Source: Entomortierella parvispora E1425 (taxonomy: Eukaryota > Fungi > Mortierellomycota). From it: 64,000 bases of DNA. Shown here piece by piece: positions 60,800 to 64,000 of the stretch. The translations under genes and the position numbers were made by a program. The notes under the pieces were generated by a model. It saw only the letters and a program-made list of their open reading frames with translations. It did no database searches and had not been told where the DNA came from. Numbering within the stretch: the stretch's first letter is position 1; every line of letters begins with the position of its first letter. The DNA lies in contig BQFW01000003.1 of assembly GCA_020891255.1 (NCBI GenBank), forward strand, positions 1,426,001 to 1,490,000, read 5' to 3'.

Positions 60800-62330
60800 G
60801 TGACTAAATGCGAAGCCACTTTACGTACATACAATTTGCCAATGGGCATTCAGCCTCCAGCTGATGGCATGTGTGTCACAATACAATATGATCAGGGAAC
60901 AAAGATTCGGACACGCGCTACATGGCTTTTGTCCCAATCCATTCGATGCCAACATCACCTTTTGCAGACAGGACGTTACTACTACATGTCGATATCCTTG
61001 ACGTTGGTACTCTTCACCTCCGCATCCTCGCGTGAGTGGTTCAACAACCAGTCGGGAAGGCAAACCCCCGGGGCACTGGGAACGTGAACTGGACAAGAGA
61101 GGCAGACAACAGTCGGATATGGAGGATATTGTAGCTACAGGAGCGACCAACATCCCTGGGGCTCTGGGCTTAGTGACCCACGCTTCCTCAGTCAACCCTA
61201 TCGGCCGTTAATTCAGATTCAAGTGCGACATCGACCGTTGCCAAGGAGTGTAGACTCTGGAATCGCATCTGCACAAAAGACTCATCCTGCTGTAAGTCCC
61301 ACCCCACAACCACCTCGTAACTTTCCCTTACGGGAGAAGACGGCTTCGCACCTGTCTTCAAACAGGAATTAACACCAGGCTGGAAATGCGCCACCTCAAC
61401 GACAGGTGGAGGCGACAAGGAAAATTGCTTCACCTATTGCACGTACTCTGGACACGAAGAACTCGAACCACTCTGGCAACAAATTCCTGAGGAGCGCAAG
61501 GGTCGATGTACAGGCGCTACAAGAGACAACACCGACCCCTCTGACAATGACCAACAGAACGACTCAGCTCCAAGCTCACAGTGGGTGTTGGACTGCAGCT
61601 TACTACTGAATGCTGACATATACTTCTCGTCAATTTATCTTACCCTAGAACCAATCCACCTAGATATGGATACAGTCCAAATTGACGTACGACAGTGCAG
61701 TGCACGCTCTCTTGGGAGCAAGGGCAGCATGGGACTCCACATCCCCTATCCCTCCTGTCTCTACAATTCTTCCAACTCCTATCTCCTCACGCGATCCTCC
61801 CAAGGAACTGAATCATCATCACACTTTACGGCGTATGGATCCCCAGGAATGGAAGACGTGGATTTCGGAGAAGATAGAGTACATCCGTATACCTGGAGAC
61901 TCTACCTCCCTCCCAACATTCAAACCAGAACTGAGACAGGCCCTTCTCGACGACCAGGTCCGGATCTATGACAAAGAAGCCGAAAGCGCGCTGGTTTACC
62001 TCGGGTACCCTATAGCCCTGATGACCAAACAGCGGAAGACTTTATTTACAGGAGCACATTGGGATGTACGCGGATCGACAGTCTTCGACACTTGGACGCG
62101 CGACCATAGCCATGGCTCTTCTCCTCTCCTGACTATGGCGTGTGCTCACAGTCCACACACCCACCAATGCATGGATTAAGAAGACGCGGGAAGCAGTCAG
62201 AAAGTTCGTGGTGCCTTTCAACTCTGTTCCTGTATGGTCAGCACTGTGTCGCAGCCGGAGTCAGGGTGGATTGTTATGTATTGGTCAAGCGGGCATGTCA
62301 GATACCACAATAAAGTAAGATGACAGGAAC
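60800..62330 (+). mobile_element. Heavily deleted L1-like non-LTR retrotransposon remnant
   Basis: APE endonuclease start (FLRSARVDVQALQET...LQAHSGCWT, ~61480..61610) and RT C-terminal peptides (WKTWISEK...LVYLGYPI, ~61850..62010), with stops and frameshifts. Confidence 0.6.
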
Positions 62331-62399
62331 CGTGCTAAACCAGAGGGATCACCCCAGATCCTCACTTTGTCCCGATTACTTCTTGTGAGTACCAAAACA

Positions 62400-62700
62400 T
62401 TTCACTGCTTCCAGACGCGGTCCAACTTTTTAGTTTGTAACCCCTCTTGATCTATTGCTGTGCTCCTCAGTCTATGATTCACAATAAGCTATATCTTGCC
62501 CTCTCTCTCCTGTTCCTGCCTTGTCTGACCGTGACAGGTGACCGTGACAGTGGACCATACAACATGAAAAGATGGACCCAACTGAGCTGGATATGTGTGG
62601 TTGCTGCAACAAATTTACTAAAATGTACTACATAGAGTCGAGTTCTCTGTCCTGATTGCATAGTTTGGCGCGGATTCAAATTCGGCTCGCATGACTGACC
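62400..62700 (-). ncRNA. Predicted location of the Fanzor omega (guide scaffold) RNA; boundaries unknown
   Basis: Positional inference only: TnpB/Fanzor omega RNAs lie at or just past the ORF 3' end. Small hairpins and a 12-bp direct repeat are present. Confidence 0.25.
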
Positions 62701-64000
62701 TCAGGTTCTTGCAGGGGATTGACCTCACTCGATGAGCTCGCGCTGGTACTTCCATCGGGAAGGGTCCAAGAAGGACGCCGTGGATCAAAGGGTGCTAACG
62801 TCCTTTGATCAGTTGAGTGGAGCAACGCGTATCCAGCCAGGGCTATGTTAACTGCCGCATTGGTGTCACGACCGCGAATTGTGTAACCCACGCGAAAGGC
62901 CACGCACAATGGGTTGTAGCATTCGATTGCCCCGTTGACGCGTACCAGTCTGAGCCCTTTCTTTGTTTGACGCCTTGCTCTAGCTAGGCGCACCGGCTGG
63001 AAGCAAAAACAACATGTGCACGAAGACTTGTGCTCATTAGTGACGCACACGGGCCCATGGGCCATGTTTCGCACTTGAATATTGTTCCCGCCCATCCTCG
63101 TGTGACCACCTAGCCGTGATCCAGCACCTGTCCCCGCTGCCCCGTGGAGATACAGTGGAATCACGCGCGGCTTAACTTTGGGACAAACTTGCACATGCCG
63201 GAGTACAAGTCGTTTTCCGTCGATGCTGTCGTCGACGCAGAGCTCTGGCCAGTGGTGAGTGCCGCACGAGTTGCAGTATCCGTTTTCCGCTATGACAAGA
63301 GTCGGAACGGAAGAAGCAGAAGATGCTGATACCGAGGGCGCGACTGGACTTGCGTCGTTGTCTAAGCAGTTTTGTAAATGAGTTTAGACTTCATAATTAA
63401 TGTTCCCAACAACGCACAAAAAAATGAACTTACAATGTGCGTGCTGTCTGAACGCGTCTCGTTCTTTGGCTGCAAAGCGGTCGTAAGTACTCTTCAAACG
63501 TAACTCCTTGTGGTGGTTCATATTGCGCGCCTTTTCAGAATACTCAAAGCTTCGAACCAACTCTCTGTTATCCCGCCTGACGCCTTGCCTTTCTGCAATC
63601 TGTTCTGCAGTTGTTGCTCTCCGAAAAGAACTTTCTGCCAGCGCACTATACGCACTCTTTACGTTATCATTTCTGGCGAGTCGTCTTGTTCTTGTGCGTG
63701 CTTGGGCATTCAATCCAGAGTGGTGCCGGATCTGTGAGGCCGTGGTCTGATGGGCCTCGGGAAATCGAATGTCTTCAAGCGTGTGGGGTACGGCAACATC
63801 GACTGTGTCCAGAAAGCCAGTCATCTTGTCGAATCGACCCTTTAAAGAAATCAACATTCCTTCTGGGACCGGGACGGTGTTGAGCATGGTACGGACTCCA
63901 GGGTCGGTCCCCCCTGGCACCAAAATGATTTTTTTTCCGTGCCCTCCCTCCTTGACGCGCTCATTATTTTCGTCGATGTCGCTGACCAACTGCTTAATGT
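62676..64000 (-). CDS. Fanzor (eukaryotic TnpB/Cas12-like RNA-guided nuclease), 3' part; intron 63362..63433; 5' end lies beyond the window
   Basis: RuvC-I GTDPG, RuvC-II TNEHKSS, zinc finger CCFC...ECYNPLC and RuvC-III RDTNAAVNI. A 72-bp GT-AG intron joins the two ORFs in frame (QHAH-Y-NDASP...HVQVCPKVKP). The frame is open to the window edge. Confidence 0.85.

Overview
Eukaryotic, intron-rich DNA, most likely from an early-diverging fungus of the Mortierellaceae type. This is inferred from ~50% GC, short GT-AG introns with CTRAC-like branch sites, and the style of the FAD-monooxygenase, F-box/LRR and DUF3712 genes. Housekeeping genes: RPS8 (3' part), HIU hydrolase, ethanolamine/choline kinase, an FAD monooxygenase, a secreted repeat protein, an epoxide-hydrolase-like enzyme, an F-box-like protein, two tandem DUF3712-type membrane proteins, an apparently 3'-truncated SEC8, an XRCC3-like Rad51 paralog, enolase-phosphatase E1, an Mgr3-like TPR protein, a perilipin and tRNA-Thr(AGT). 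Mobile DNA: two apparently identical 1758-bp DD34E Tc1 elements sharing one in-frame TGA at a conserved Trp; a 316-bp palindromic MITE; a retroelement island around the tRNA gene (two Ty3/gypsy gag remnants, one folded back on itself, plus nested poly(A)-tailed non-LTR insertions starting ~60 bp upstream of the tRNA); and an L1-like remnant. The most notable element is at the right edge: an intron-containing Fanzor/TnpB-like RuvC nuclease gene with all three catalytic residues intact. It runs off the window, and its guide (omega) RNA is expected just downstream. Exon structures were read by eye, so coordinates of degenerate elements are approximate.
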